64,000 bases of DNA. Source: a bacterium. Lineage in GTDB: Bacteria > UBA8248. The stretch is taken from NCBI GenBank assembly GCA_965202625.1, contig CBDBBI010000010.1, positions 704,001 through 768,000 of the forward strand, read 5' to 3'. Under the pieces are notes generated by a model. The model was not told the origin of the DNA and made no database searches. It saw only the letters and a list, made by a program, of their open reading frames with translations. The position numbers and the translations under genes are program-made. Below, piece by piece: positions 30,348-39,454 of the stretch (within the stretch, counting starts at the first letter, position 1; each line of letters opens with the position of its first letter).

Positions 30348-32639
30348 CTAAGCGCCATTTTTCTCTCGCATGGCGGCCAGTATCTTCTCAGGCGTTATCG
30401 GCAACGAGGAGATCCGAACGCCAACGGCGTCATACACCGCGTTCGATATCGCCGCGGAGGTGCCCAGCTGCGCCATCTCGCCCAGCCCTTTCGCGCCATA
30501 CGGCCCCGAGGGATTTTCCGTCTCGACGAGCACGACTTCAAGGGCGGGCAAATCTTGGGTCGTAGGCAGTTTGTAGTCAAGCCAGTTCGGGTTCACGGGC
30601 TGGCCATCCTCGACCTGAAAATCCTCCGTCATGGCGTAGCCCACGCCCATGAGCGCGCCGCCCTCGATCTGCCCCTGCGCGCCCGCCGGATTCACGATGG
30701 TGCCCACGTCGTTCGCGCTGATGACGCGCAGCACATCCAGAGCGCCAGTTTCGACGTCCACCTCCACCTCCGCCACCTTCGCGCCGTAGGCGTAGGCCGC
30801 GGACCAGTTTCCATAGCCCGTCACCGGATCGGGCGTCTCGCTCGGCGAATCATACGAAGACGCCGTATAGACGGCTTCGCTGCCCTCCTTGTCGTATATC
30901 TTCATGTAGGCATCGGCGTGGGTCACCTGGTGCTCGGGAGAGCTCGCGACGAAAATTTTGCCCTCGCGCGCGTCGAGGTCTTTCGGGTCGCACTCAAGCA
31001 GTTCCGCGGCACCTCTCAGGAGCATGTTTTTCGCCTCCAGCGCCGCCAGGCGCGTGGCCTGGCCGTCGATGGTCGTCGTCCGGCTTCCCCGCACCCCCCA
31101 TCCGTAGGGGTTCACCGCGGTGTCCCCGTTGATGATTCGCACGTCCTCCACCCGCACGCCCAGCGTTTCGGCGCAAATCTGCGCGAGCGTGGTATCCGAG
31201 CCGTTGCCCATCTCAATGGTGCCGGAGAGGAGCTGCACGGTGCCGTCCTTGTTCATCTTGATGAACGCGCCGGCCGTCTCCGGCCCCATCGCGCGCGCAC
31301 CGGTGAAGTGCACCGCCGCGCTCAGCCCATAACCGCGCTTATTCGTCTTCGCGTCGCGGCTCTCGTATTTTTCTCGCCAAGGCACGCGCTTGACCGCCTC
31401 GCGCACGCACTCGGAAACCCCGCAACTCGTAATTTTGGCGCCGATGATGGTCGTGTCGCCCTTTCTCACAAAATTCTTCACGCGAAACTCCGCCGGGTCC
31501 ATCCCTATCTCCTCGGCGTGTTTCTCCATGGCGACTTCCGATCCGAAGGAATAGCCGCCGTTGCCCACGCCGCGCATCGCCCCACCCGGCGGCACGTTTG
31601 TATAGACGACGTCGGCGTGGTGGCGATAGGCCTTGTAGTTGTAGAGACTTCCCCCCATGTGCGCGGTGATGGCGCCCACCACCGGGCCGTAGTCAGAGTA
31701 GCCGCCGTTTTCCACCACCATTCTGACGTCGCGCGCGAGGAGCATACCCTCTTTGTCCGTCGCGATTCGGAAGGTATGAAACTGTTTCGTCCGGTGGGTG
31801 CCGAGGAGAAACTCCTCCTCCCGCGTATAATAGAACTTCACGGGAACGCCCAGTTTCTTCGCCGCGATGATGGAAAGAAAGTCGATGTTGAATTTGCTCG
31901 TCGCCTTTCCCCCAAACCCCCCGCCCACGTAGTTCGTTACCACGCGAACGTTAGCTTCGGGAATCTTGAGGAGTTTGGAGAAATACTGGCTCGAAAGGCT
32001 CGGGCACTGCGAGGAATTATAGACCGTCACGTCGCCGCTCGGCGACCATTCGGCGATGGAGACGTGCGCCTCGAAGGAGGCGTGCATCTGGCGCGAGGAG
32101 GATGTGGAAATCTCGCTCACGTGGTGCGCCTCGTCGAACATCCGGCCCACCTCGCCAAACTCCATGTGCTTGGTGAAGGCGACGTTGTTCGGGTGCGCCT
32201 CGTGGAGCACGGGGGCACCCTCGCGCATCGCCTCAAAGGGGTCGAAGACGGCGGGAAGCTCCTCGTAGTCAACGTCGATGAGGTCGAGTGCCTCCTGCGC
32301 GGCGTCCTCGGACGTCGCCACCACGGCCGCCACCGAGTCGCCCACGAAGCGCGCCTTGTCGGTAGCAAGAGGACGCTGATCGTAGCAGACGGGAACGACG
32401 CCCCAGACCACGTCGTCAGGCACGTCCCTGGCCGTCATCACGAGTTTGACGCCAGGCAGCCTCTCGGCGCGGCTGACGTCGATGTTCCTGATGCGCGCGT
32501 GGGGGATGGGGCTGCCCAGCAATTTTCCATGAAGCATTTTGGGCAACAGAAGGTCGAGAGTGTACATGGCCTTTCCCGTCACTTTTTCCGGTCCATCAAC
32601 GCGCGGCACGCTTTTTCCGACATAGGCGAGATCAGTCAT
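30348..32639 (-). CDS. Xanthine dehydrogenase-family molybdopterin-binding (large) subunit
   Basis: VGKSVPRVDG-EKVTGKA-Y, VGGGFGGK, AMRGVG, EMGNG, GSRTT, GQIEGG, DYKLPT, GAKGLGE. No CODH AYRCSFR loop. Confidence 0.92.
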   Translation of the reverse strand: MTDLAYVGKSVPRVDGPEKVTGKAMYTLDLLLPKMLHGKLLGSPIPHARIRNIDVSRAERLPGVKLVMTARDVPDDVVWGVVPVCYDQRPLATDKARFVGDSVAAVVATSEDAAQEALDLIDVDYEELPAVFDPFEAMREGAPVLHEAHPNNVAFTKHMEFGEVGRMFDEAHHVSEISTSSSRQMHASFEAHVSIAEWSPSGDVTVYNSSQCPSLSSQYFSKLLKIPEANVRVVTNYVGGGFGGKATSKFNIDFLSIIAAKKLGVPVKFYYTREEEFLLGTHRTKQFHTFRIATDKEGMLLARDVRMVVENGGYSDYGPVVGAITAHMGGSLYNYKAYRHHADVVYTNVPPGGAMRGVGNGGYSFGSEVAMEKHAEEIGMDPAEFRVKNFVRKGDTTIIGAKITSCGVSECVREAVKRVPWREKYESRDAKTNKRGYGLSAAVHFTGARAMGPETAGAFIKMNKDGTVQLLSGTIEMGNGSDTTLAQICAETLGVRVEDVRIINGDTAVNPYGWGVRGSRTTTIDGQATRLAALEAKNMLLRGAAELLECDPKDLDAREGKIFVASSPEHQVTHADAYMKIYDKEGSEAVYTASSYDSPSETPDPVTGYGNWSAAYAYGAKVAEVEVDVETGALDVLRVISANDVGTIVNPAGAQGQIEGGALMGVGYAMTEDFQVEDGQPVNPNWLDYKLPTTQDLPALEVVLVETENPSGPYGAKGLGEMAQLGTSAAISNAVYDAVGVRISSLPITPEKILAAMREKNGA

Positions 32640-32962
32640 GGAGCCTCCTCTCATGGGCGGCGTCATCAAAAGACACCACGGGTACAGGACGTTTTCTGAA
32701 TCCTTCAGTCAAGGCAAAAACATAGAATATGCTATCATAGCTCTTTGCAATCGAGTGGAATTCGACGCAATGGGCGGATTATAACAACCTCACAGACGAA
32801 ACAAAACTTCCTAAACGCGCCGTCGAACCTCCGCTCCTCCCGCGCGGCCGCCTTGGCCTTCCAGTTTGCCCAGTTTGCGGCGCACGGTCCGCCGTGCTAG
32901 AAAGAGATAATAGATTTATCATTAATTCCTGCCTCCCCAAAATGCGGGATTGGAGCGACGCG

Positions 32963-33709
32963 ATGCCCATTCGTTTTGATTTTCAGGGCCGAAAGGTCAT
33001 TCTCACGGGCGCGGCGGGCGCCATGGGAAGCCGCATTCTGCGAGGCTACGCGGAAGCCGGCGCCCGGGTTTTCGCCACTGACAAGGAAGGGGCCGCCTTT
33101 GAGGCGATGAGCGGCCCGCCCGATCAATTCTTCAAGTATCCCTGCGACCTGACCGACATGACCGCCGTCCGTGCCACCATGCGCGAGGCGCTCGGGTGGC
33201 TTGGCGGCTGCGACGTGCTCGTCAACGTGGCGGGCTACATGCCGATTCGCCCGCCGCTTACGCTTGTCGAGGACGATTGGAATTCCGTCCTCGCCGTGAA
33301 CCTGCTGGCGCCTTATTTCTGTATTCAGGAAACCATCGACGCGCTGAAAGCCTCCGGTACAGGGCGCATTATCAGCTTCGCCTCCATCGCGGGCAAGATG
33401 GGGGGCATTGGGCCCAACCTCACCTACGCCGCCGCCAAGGCGGGCTTGCTCGCCATGACCTTCAATCTCGCGCGTGAACTCGCCAGGACGGGCGTGACGA
33501 TCAACACCATACAACCGGGCCCGGCCGACACGGGACTTCACTTCGAGTCTCCGCCCGAAATGCTGGCCAACGCCGCGAACGCCCACCCCATGGGCAGGCT
33601 GACGACACCCGAGGACGTGTGGCAGACCGTTTTATTTCTATCGAGTGAGGAAGCCGCGCACATCAACGGAGAGGCGGTGGACGTGAACGGCGGCTTCTGG
33701 ACAGACTAG
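32963..33709 (+). CDS. SDR-family oxidoreductase
   Basis: TGAAGAMG, LVNVAG, catalytic YAAAK, INTIQPG, VDVNGG. Confidence 0.9.
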   Translation: MPIRFDFQGRKVILTGAAGAMGSRILRGYAEAGARVFATDKEGAAFEAMSGPPDQFFKYPCDLTDMTAVRATMREALGWLGGCDVLVNVAGYMPIRPPLTLVEDDWNSVLAVNLLAPYFCIQETIDALKASGTGRIISFASIAGKMGGIGPNLTYAAAKAGLLAMTFNLARELARTGVTINTIQPGPADTGLHFESPPEMLANAANAHPMGRLTTPEDVWQTVLFLSSEEAAHINGEAVDVNGGFWTD

Positions 33710-33728
33710 ACAGAGGAGCGACGCCGCC

Positions 33729-34592
33729 ATGTCGGCAGAAAACCCGAAAGGATATTCGAATCCCGACCTGCTCTGGTCGCCCGCGCAGCTGATGTGCCGC
33801 ATGGACGACCCCAGCCTGCGGATCGTGGACACGCGCCCCGGCGAGCGCTATGCGATGGGGCACATTCCCGGAGCGCGTCACTTCAACGTCTATGGCGTCA
33901 ACTGCGATGATTCGAGCGAGGCGACGCTCAAGAATTTTTTCAGCATGTGGGCATTTCTGTTGGGAAACCGGGGTGTGGGGTTCGAGAACGTCATCGTTTT
34001 CTACGACGACGTCCTCGGCCACACGAGCGCGCGCGGATTCTGGATGCTCGAGCTCTTCGGGCACAAGGACGTCCACGTACTCGACGGCGGCTACAGCGCA
34101 TGGGAGCGGGCGGGCTTCGAGACGACGCGCGACGCCCAGCCGCCCCAGCCCGTCGCCTTCGAGATGGCGTTTGAGCCAGAGCGTCTTGCCACGAGAGAGG
34201 ACGTGGCGCGCGCCATTGAGGATGACAACCACATCCTGCTCGACACCAGATCTCTGGAAGAGTGGGAGGCGAGGCGCGTCCTGGCAAAGCAAGGCGGAAT
34301 CATCCCCGGCGCCGTCTGGCAGGAATGGCTGCGGCACCTGACGCCCGAGGGTGAGATGAAGCCCGCCGATGCGTTGCGGGCGCAATTCGAAGAACTCGGA
34401 ATCACGCCCGACAAAGAGGTGACCGCCTACTGACAGACGGGCTACCGTGCGGCGCACGGTTATCTCGCCTTGCGGCTGCTGGATCATCCAAAGATGCGAA
34501 ACTACATGAGCTCCTGGAAGGAGTGGGGGAATCGGGAGGATACTCCCATCGCGCAGGCCAAGACCCAATCTCAGGGCGAACAGCGAGAATGA
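33729..34592 (+). CDS. Tandem-domain sulfurtransferase (rhodanese), probable selenoprotein with UGA=Sec at 34431
   Basis: GHIPGA, VLDGG---W, LLDTRS--EW, IPGA, then Y-TGA-QTGYRAAHGYLALRLL...NYMSSWKEWGN to TGA at 34590-34592. SECIS-like hairpin directly after the UGA. Confidence 0.88.
34431..34462 (+). promoter_or_regulatory. Putative bacterial SECIS element
   Basis: UGA, 10 nt, then a perfect stem ACCGTGC/GCACGGT (34444-34460) with a G-starting apical loop 17 nt after the UGA. Confidence 0.75.
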
Positions 34593-34621
34593 AGCGCGTC
34601 GCCCACCCGCTGGACAGGAGT

Positions 34622-34649
34622 TTGCGTATTGAAGCCCATGAGGTAAAAT
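34622..34649 (+). promoter_or_regulatory. Candidate sigma70 promoter for the ABC transporter operon
   Basis: TTGCGT-16 nt-TAAAAT about 100 nt upstream of the SBP start. Confidence 0.3.
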
Positions 34650-34745
34650 GGGGCATATTGAAACATTACAAAAAGTTCAATGGCCTGGAACGTCTATCGC
34701 GTCGTGGCCACTTCCATTCATGACGAATTCCTGGAGGTTCACAGC

Positions 34746-35762
34746 ATGAAGATGAATTTCGCTCGCATCATCCTCGCCCTCGGCGTCGCCTGCGGCGTTT
34801 CGGCAGCGAATCTCGCGTCGGCGGCACCCACCCTTCGCCTCGGCGCGGCCAGCAACACCGGCGGTCTCATCGTATTCGTCGGCGTCGATAAAGGGTTTTT
34901 TGCGAAAAACGGACTGGACGCGAAAGTCGTCGTGCGCAACACCGGCGCCCAGCTCACCAAATCCCTCAAGGCGGGGCAGATTGATTTCGCCCCCGCCGCG
35001 TTCACCAACCTGCCGGCGGCGCTCGAGCGCGGCATCAAGGTGCGGGGCGTCGTGGGCTACGTCGGCGGTTCTTACAAGAAATCCACGACCGATGAGATGG
35101 TGGGCATCGCCGTGCGCCCTGAAAGCGGCATCAAAACCATCGCGGACCTCAAGGGCAAAAAAATCGGCTCCACCTTCGGCTCTACCGGCGACCTCTACCT
35201 CCGCACCCTTCTGAACAAAAACGGCATCGGCGCAGGCGGCGTGCGCCGCATCAACGTGCGCCCACCGAGCATCGTCTCCCTGTTCGACTCCGGAGGCGTG
35301 GACGCCATGGTGGCGTGGGAACCCTACCTCACCCGCATGACCGACAAGGTGAAGGGCGCCTCTCTCGTGTCGCGCGGCGGCGATTACGTCTGCTTCTGCG
35401 CAGGAATGCACGGCGTGCCGGAGCGCGTGTATAAAGATAGGAAAGCGACGCAGGCGTTCGTCAACGGAATGTCCGAGGCCGCCGCCTACGTGCGGGACGC
35501 CAAGAACCGGGAAGAAGTGTCCAAAATCGGCGCTCGCTACGTTCGAGGCATGGACGCCTCCCTCATCAAGCGCACCATCAAGTGGTGGACCTATGACCCG
35601 CGCCTGGGCGAGAATACGCTGAAGGCCTTCAATTTTTCGGTAAAACAGCTTATCGCCCAGAAGAAAATGAAGCGGCCATACGACCCCAAAAAATACTTCG
35701 ACTTCCAGTTTATCAACCGGACGATAAAAGAGCATCCGGAGTGGTTCAAGGATCTGAACTAG
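34746..35762 (+). CDS. ABC transporter substrate-binding protein, NitT/TauT/SsuA-like
   Basis: Signal peptide, DKGFFAKNGLD, IKTIADLKGKKIG, GGVDAMVAWEPY; GGAGG RBS. Confidence 0.88.
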   Translation: MKMNFARIILALGVACGVSAANLASAAPTLRLGAASNTGGLIVFVGVDKGFFAKNGLDAKVVVRNTGAQLTKSLKAGQIDFAPAAFTNLPAALERGIKVRGVVGYVGGSYKKSTTDEMVGIAVRPESGIKTIADLKGKKIGSTFGSTGDLYLRTLLNKNGIGAGGVRRINVRPPSIVSLFDSGGVDAMVAWEPYLTRMTDKVKGASLVSRGGDYVCFCAGMHGVPERVYKDRKATQAFVNGMSEAAAYVRDAKNREEVSKIGARYVRGMDASLIKRTIKWWTYDPRLGENTLKAFNFSVKQLIAQKKMKRPYDPKKYFDFQFINRTIKEHPEWFKDLN

Positions 35763-35837
35763 CCGCGCGCGCCTTCAACATCCGCGCCCTGATCGTCGTC
35801 GGGGCGCGGATTGCGCTTTGAAAGGAAACGGAAAAAA

Positions 35838-36626
35838 ATGCCGTCCAAACTGGTCGTCCATGGGCTGTCGCACCGCTATCCGGATGAATACACGGGAGAG
35901 GACGTTCACGCTCTTGACCAGGTGAGCCTCGCCGTGGAGGACGGCGAGTTCTCCGCCGTCGTCGGCCCGAGCGGCTGCGGAAAGACCACGCTGCTCAACA
36001 TCCTCGCCGGCCTTCTTCCCCACACAGAGGGCAGCGTTCAGGTTGACGGCAAGGAGGTTCAGGGACCGGGGCCGGACCGGGGGGTGGTCTTTCAGGAGCA
36101 CGCGATTCTTCCCTGGCGCTCCGTCGCGAGAAACATCGGCCACGGCCTCGAGATTCAGGGCGTCCCCAAGGAGGAGAGAGCGAAAAGAGTTCAGGAATTC
36201 ATTGACCTGGTCGGCTTGTCGGGCTTTGAGGACCGTTATCCCCACGAGCTCTCAGGCGGCATGAAGCAGCGCTGCGCGCTCGCGCGCACGCTGTGCGCCA
36301 ACCCCGTCGTGATGCTGATGGACGAACCCTTCGCCGCAGTGGACGCGCAGACGAGAATCACTCTGCAAGAAGAGTTGAACCGCATCGCCATCGCGACGGG
36401 GAAAACCATCCTTTTCATCACCCACAACGTGGATGAAGCCGCGTTTCTGGGAGATCGCTGCTTCATCTTCTCGCGCCGCCCGGGAAGGCTGAAGGCCACC
36501 GTGAAAATCGAGATTCCGCGCGAGAAACGCATTTGGAAGAATTTGCTCTCCGAGAGGGACTACACCGAACCGCGCGATGAAATTCTGCGCCTCGTGCGCG
36601 AGGAGGTCTCTGATGAGGAGGAGTAG
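35838..36626 (+). CDS. ABC transporter ATP-binding protein, TauB/SsuB-like
   Basis: GPSGCGKT, VVFQE--LPW, LSGGMKQR, LMDEPF, FITH. Confidence 0.93.
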   Translation: MPSKLVVHGLSHRYPDEYTGEDVHALDQVSLAVEDGEFSAVVGPSGCGKTTLLNILAGLLPHTEGSVQVDGKEVQGPGPDRGVVFQEHAILPWRSVARNIGHGLEIQGVPKEERAKRVQEFIDLVGLSGFEDRYPHELSGGMKQRCALARTLCANPVVMLMDEPFAAVDAQTRITLQEELNRIAIATGKTILFITHNVDEAAFLGDRCFIFSRRPGRLKATVKIEIPREKRIWKNLLSERDYTEPRDEILRLVREEVSDEEE

Positions 36627-37437
36627 GGAGGCGACTCCTCGGAAAAAACCACGCTCGATGCGGTGGAGGAGGTTCACCAAAGAAGGCGGCGTCGAACTGC
36701 TGCTCCTCATTACGGGCATTTTCCTCCTTTGGTCCCTCATCTCGCAGATCATCCCCAACCCGAGCCGCTACCTCCCCTCGCCCGTTTCCGTCGTCCTATC
36801 TTCCTACGACGTCATCTGGAAAGGTCTCCTGCCCAACTATATCGGGCAAACTCTTTGGCGTCTCCTCATCGGCAGCGCCATCGGCCTCCTGCTGGGCATT
36901 CCGTTTGGAATCGCTCTTGGTCTCAATCGCACGGTATCGGACATGTTCTACCCCATCATGAATTTCTTCCAGTCCATATCGGGCATCGCCATACTACCCA
37001 TCATCGTCGTCTGGTGGGGCAACAGCGAAAAGACGGTGTTCGCCGTCATCCTCTACACCTGTTTCTTCCCGATCACCTTCAACGTCCTGACGGGCGTGCG
37101 CAGCACCCCGATGATACTGGTGAACGCCCTGCGCACTCTGGGGGCCTCGCGTCTGCGAATCGTGAAGGACGTCCTCATTCCAAGCGCCATGCCCCACATC
37201 GCGACCGGGGCGAGGCTGGGCATCGGCTACGCCTGGCGCGCGGTCATCGCAGGCGAGATGCTCGCCGGCAGACGCGGCCTGGGGTGGATGATCTTCACCG
37301 CGCAGGACGCAGACCTCACCGCTCAGGTGATCCTCGGCATGGTGATGATTGGCGCCATCTGGATCATGATCGACCGCTTCGCCCTCCGCCCCATCGAGGC
37401 AGACACAATTCAGCGCTGGGGACTCGTGCAGCGATGA
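36613..37437 (+). CDS. ABC transporter permease 1
   Basis: TM helices, NALRTLGAS EAA-like loop, AWRAVIAGEML, GLGWMI. Confidence 0.9.
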   Translation: MRRSREATPRKKPRSMRWRRFTKEGGVELLLLITGIFLLWSLISQIIPNPSRYLPSPVSVVLSSYDVIWKGLLPNYIGQTLWRLLIGSAIGLLLGIPFGIALGLNRTVSDMFYPIMNFFQSISGIAILPIIVVWWGNSEKTVFAVILYTCFFPITFNVLTGVRSTPMILVNALRTLGASRLRIVKDVLIPSAMPHIATGARLGIGYAWRAVIAGEMLAGRRGLGWMIFTAQDADLTAQVILGMVMIGAIWIMIDRFALRPIEADTIQRWGLVQR

Positions 37438-38294
37438 GCGCCCTCCAGACGGCGACCATCGCCCTGCAAAAGCGCTTTGGCCGCCAAAGACTGCGAAAGA
37501 TCATGCTGGGCGCTGTCCCCTTCGTCTCCCTGCTCGCTTTGTGGCAGATGAACGCCGTCCTCGAATGGCTTCCGCCGGTATTCATTCCGCCTATCGCATC
37601 CATCTGGGAGGCGATATATACGCTCTCGGAGGGCTGCTCCGGCGTCGGCGGGGCACTCAGCATGCAGTATGAATGTCTCTTCACCAACCATATATTTTCA
37701 AGCCTGGGCCGCGTGGGGCTCAGCCTCCTCATCGGCATTCCTTTCGGGATCGCACTTGGCGTGCTGGCGGGCATGAGCCGCCGTTTTGCCCACGCCCTCG
37801 AGCCCATCGGCGTATTCGCTAATGCCATATCAGGCATCGCCTGGGTGCCCCTAGCCATCGTCTGGTTTGGAACCGGCTGGCTCACGACGCTTTTCATCCT
37901 GCTGAACACCGTCTTCTGGCTCGTATTCTTCAACACGCTTCTGGGCGTTCGGGGCGTGCCCCGGGTATATGAAAACTCCGTCATGACGCTCGGTGGCGGC
38001 AGGTGGGCCATCATCTCTCAGGTATATATTCCGGGCGCGCTTCCCAGCATCGTCACCGGAGTGCGCATGAGCATGGGGTTTGGATGGCGCGCGCTCATCG
38101 CTGCGGAAATGATAGGCGGCGACAGCGGCCTGGGCTTCATGATCTTCGTCTCCGCGGCTGAATACAAAATTGAGGAGGTGTTCCTGGGCGTTCTCATCAT
38201 CGCCGTCATCTGGATGATCACCGACAGACTGCTTCTCATTCCCCTGGAGAGATGGACCATCCAGAGATGGGGCATGGTATGGAGACCGTCCTAG
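37434..38294 (+). CDS. ABC transporter permease 2
   Basis: ATGA overlap with permease 1; IAWVPL, IPGALPSI, GWRALIAAEM, GLGFMI. Confidence 0.9.
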   Translation: MSALQTATIALQKRFGRQRLRKIMLGAVPFVSLLALWQMNAVLEWLPPVFIPPIASIWEAIYTLSEGCSGVGGALSMQYECLFTNHIFSSLGRVGLSLLIGIPFGIALGVLAGMSRRFAHALEPIGVFANAISGIAWVPLAIVWFGTGWLTTLFILLNTVFWLVFFNTLLGVRGVPRVYENSVMTLGGGRWAIISQVYIPGALPSIVTGVRMSMGFGWRALIAAEMIGGDSGLGFMIFVSAAEYKIEEVFLGVLIIAVIWMITDRLLLIPLERWTIQRWGMVWRPS

Positions 38295-38295
38295 A

Positions 38296-38664
38296 ATGAT
38301 GGATGATACCAGAGCCATCTTGAAGGGCGCGCTGGGCGATCGCCACTGGAGCCGGCACCCTACCGCGCGTTTTCTGATCGCCACCGCCCTTTTGTTCGGC
38401 CTGTATTATGGATACGGCTACGTGACAGCACCCTCGCGCCTCACCCCCGCCCTCAAAGCGCACCTGGCGACCAACGCGGGCAAGGTTGACCTGCTCGTCA
38501 CCTCGAAATTTCCGCCAGAAGAATTTCATATCCGCATCTATCAGGAGTTGGGCAGCATGCGCGGCGTGAAAGACTCGACAGCGAAGTTGGTCTCCGTCAC
38601 GCCCTCAGGTTTACGGACGCTCTCCCAGTATTATTGGGTAGAAAAAATAGATTTGAAGAAGTAA
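38296..38664 (+). CDS. Hypothetical single-TM protein at the end of the ABC operon
   Basis: Starts 1 nt after the permease stop; one hydrophobic segment followed by a soluble domain of about 80 aa. Confidence 0.7.
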   Translation: MMDDTRAILKGALGDRHWSRHPTARFLIATALLFGLYYGYGYVTAPSRLTPALKAHLATNAGKVDLLVTSKFPPEEFHIRIYQELGSMRGVKDSTAKLVSVTPSGLRTLSQYYWVEKIDLKK

Positions 38665-38899
38665 TAAAAGAATCGCAGTGGGTTGAACCCCGTCTTGGCA
38701 ATGGCATCTCACCCGACATATCGCCGTTATTCTCGGTGTAGCCAGACAAAAATAATTGGGAATTCGCGCAAAAATAATTGTGAATAGCCTAGTAAAACGG
38801 CCGTGCAAGGGCGTTGAAAAAGTCGTTCAAAGCAGATCGTCGAGCGAGATGGCAGCGGCGTTCACGTTCGTGCGCATGACGCGGCGATCGCCGCGCAAT

Positions 38900-39325
38900 T
38901 TACTCGCTCCTTTTATACAGATTTTCGAACGTGCCGTGGTCTTTCTCAACGTCCGCCATCTCGCGGAAGATTTCCTCATATCCCGGGGGGGAGAAAATCC
39001 AGACGAGTTTCAGGGGCGCGTCGCCCGTGTTCTTCAGGCCATGCTCTACGCCCACGGGCAAAAATGCGCTCATGCCCGACGTGACGTGGTATGCCTCGCC
39101 GTCCACCTCCAACTCGGCTTCGCCTTCGTGGAAGAAGAGGATTTCCTCCTCTCTCTCATGAATGTGGCGGGGAATTCCGCCGCCGACGGGAATGTCCTGA
39201 TTTCCCATGCTCAGCATTCGGGAACTCGTATTCCGGGGGTCGATCATGATACGCCAGCCCCGGGCCAGCTCCACCTCGCGCATCTCCAGCTTCTCACCAT
39301 CGTCCCAACCGAATACGTATGCCAT
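38900..39325 (-). CDS. Cupin-domain protein
   Basis: IPRHIHEREEEILF and FLPVGVEHGLKNTG...FSPPG. Confidence 0.88.
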   Translation of the reverse strand: MAYVFGWDDGEKLEMREVELARGWRIMIDPRNTSSRMLSMGNQDIPVGGGIPRHIHEREEEILFFHEGEAELEVDGEAYHVTSGMSAFLPVGVEHGLKNTGDAPLKLVWIFSPPGYEEIFREMADVEKDHGTFENLYKRSE

Positions 39326-39454
39326 ATGAACACCCTCCCCCCCGGCCTTCGCACGCGAACGCGTGCGTCGCGCTCTGCATCCGAGACTACGCGAGACGAA
39401 CAGAAAGGCACACCGCTGAGACGGCGCGCCCTGAAACCTTCGCGGGAATAATGT

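Noticed and set aside
30348-32639. Aerobic CO dehydrogenase or 4-hydroxybenzoyl-CoA reductase
   Set aside because: The active-site loop is AMRGVG rather than AYRCSFR, and the FAD subunit lacks the 4Fe-4S insert of HcrB.
30315-32699. 794-aa + strand ORF
   Set aside because: Antisense shadow of the Mo-hydroxylase large subunit, with R/H/G-rich composition and no motifs.
32906-32922. GATAA-n5-TTATC palindrome as a Fur box
   Set aside because: Spacing does not fit the 7-1-7 Fur consensus. It may be another operator but this is unsupported.
36663-37433. Long N-terminal extension of the 543-aa ORF
   Set aside because: Alternative-frame overlap with permease 1. The real permease 2 starts at the ATG at 37434.
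38685-38830. tRNA-like GGGTTGAACCCC and IS-end-like GGCGTTGAAAAAGTC
   Set aside because: No cloverleaf, no matching second inverted repeat and no transposase.
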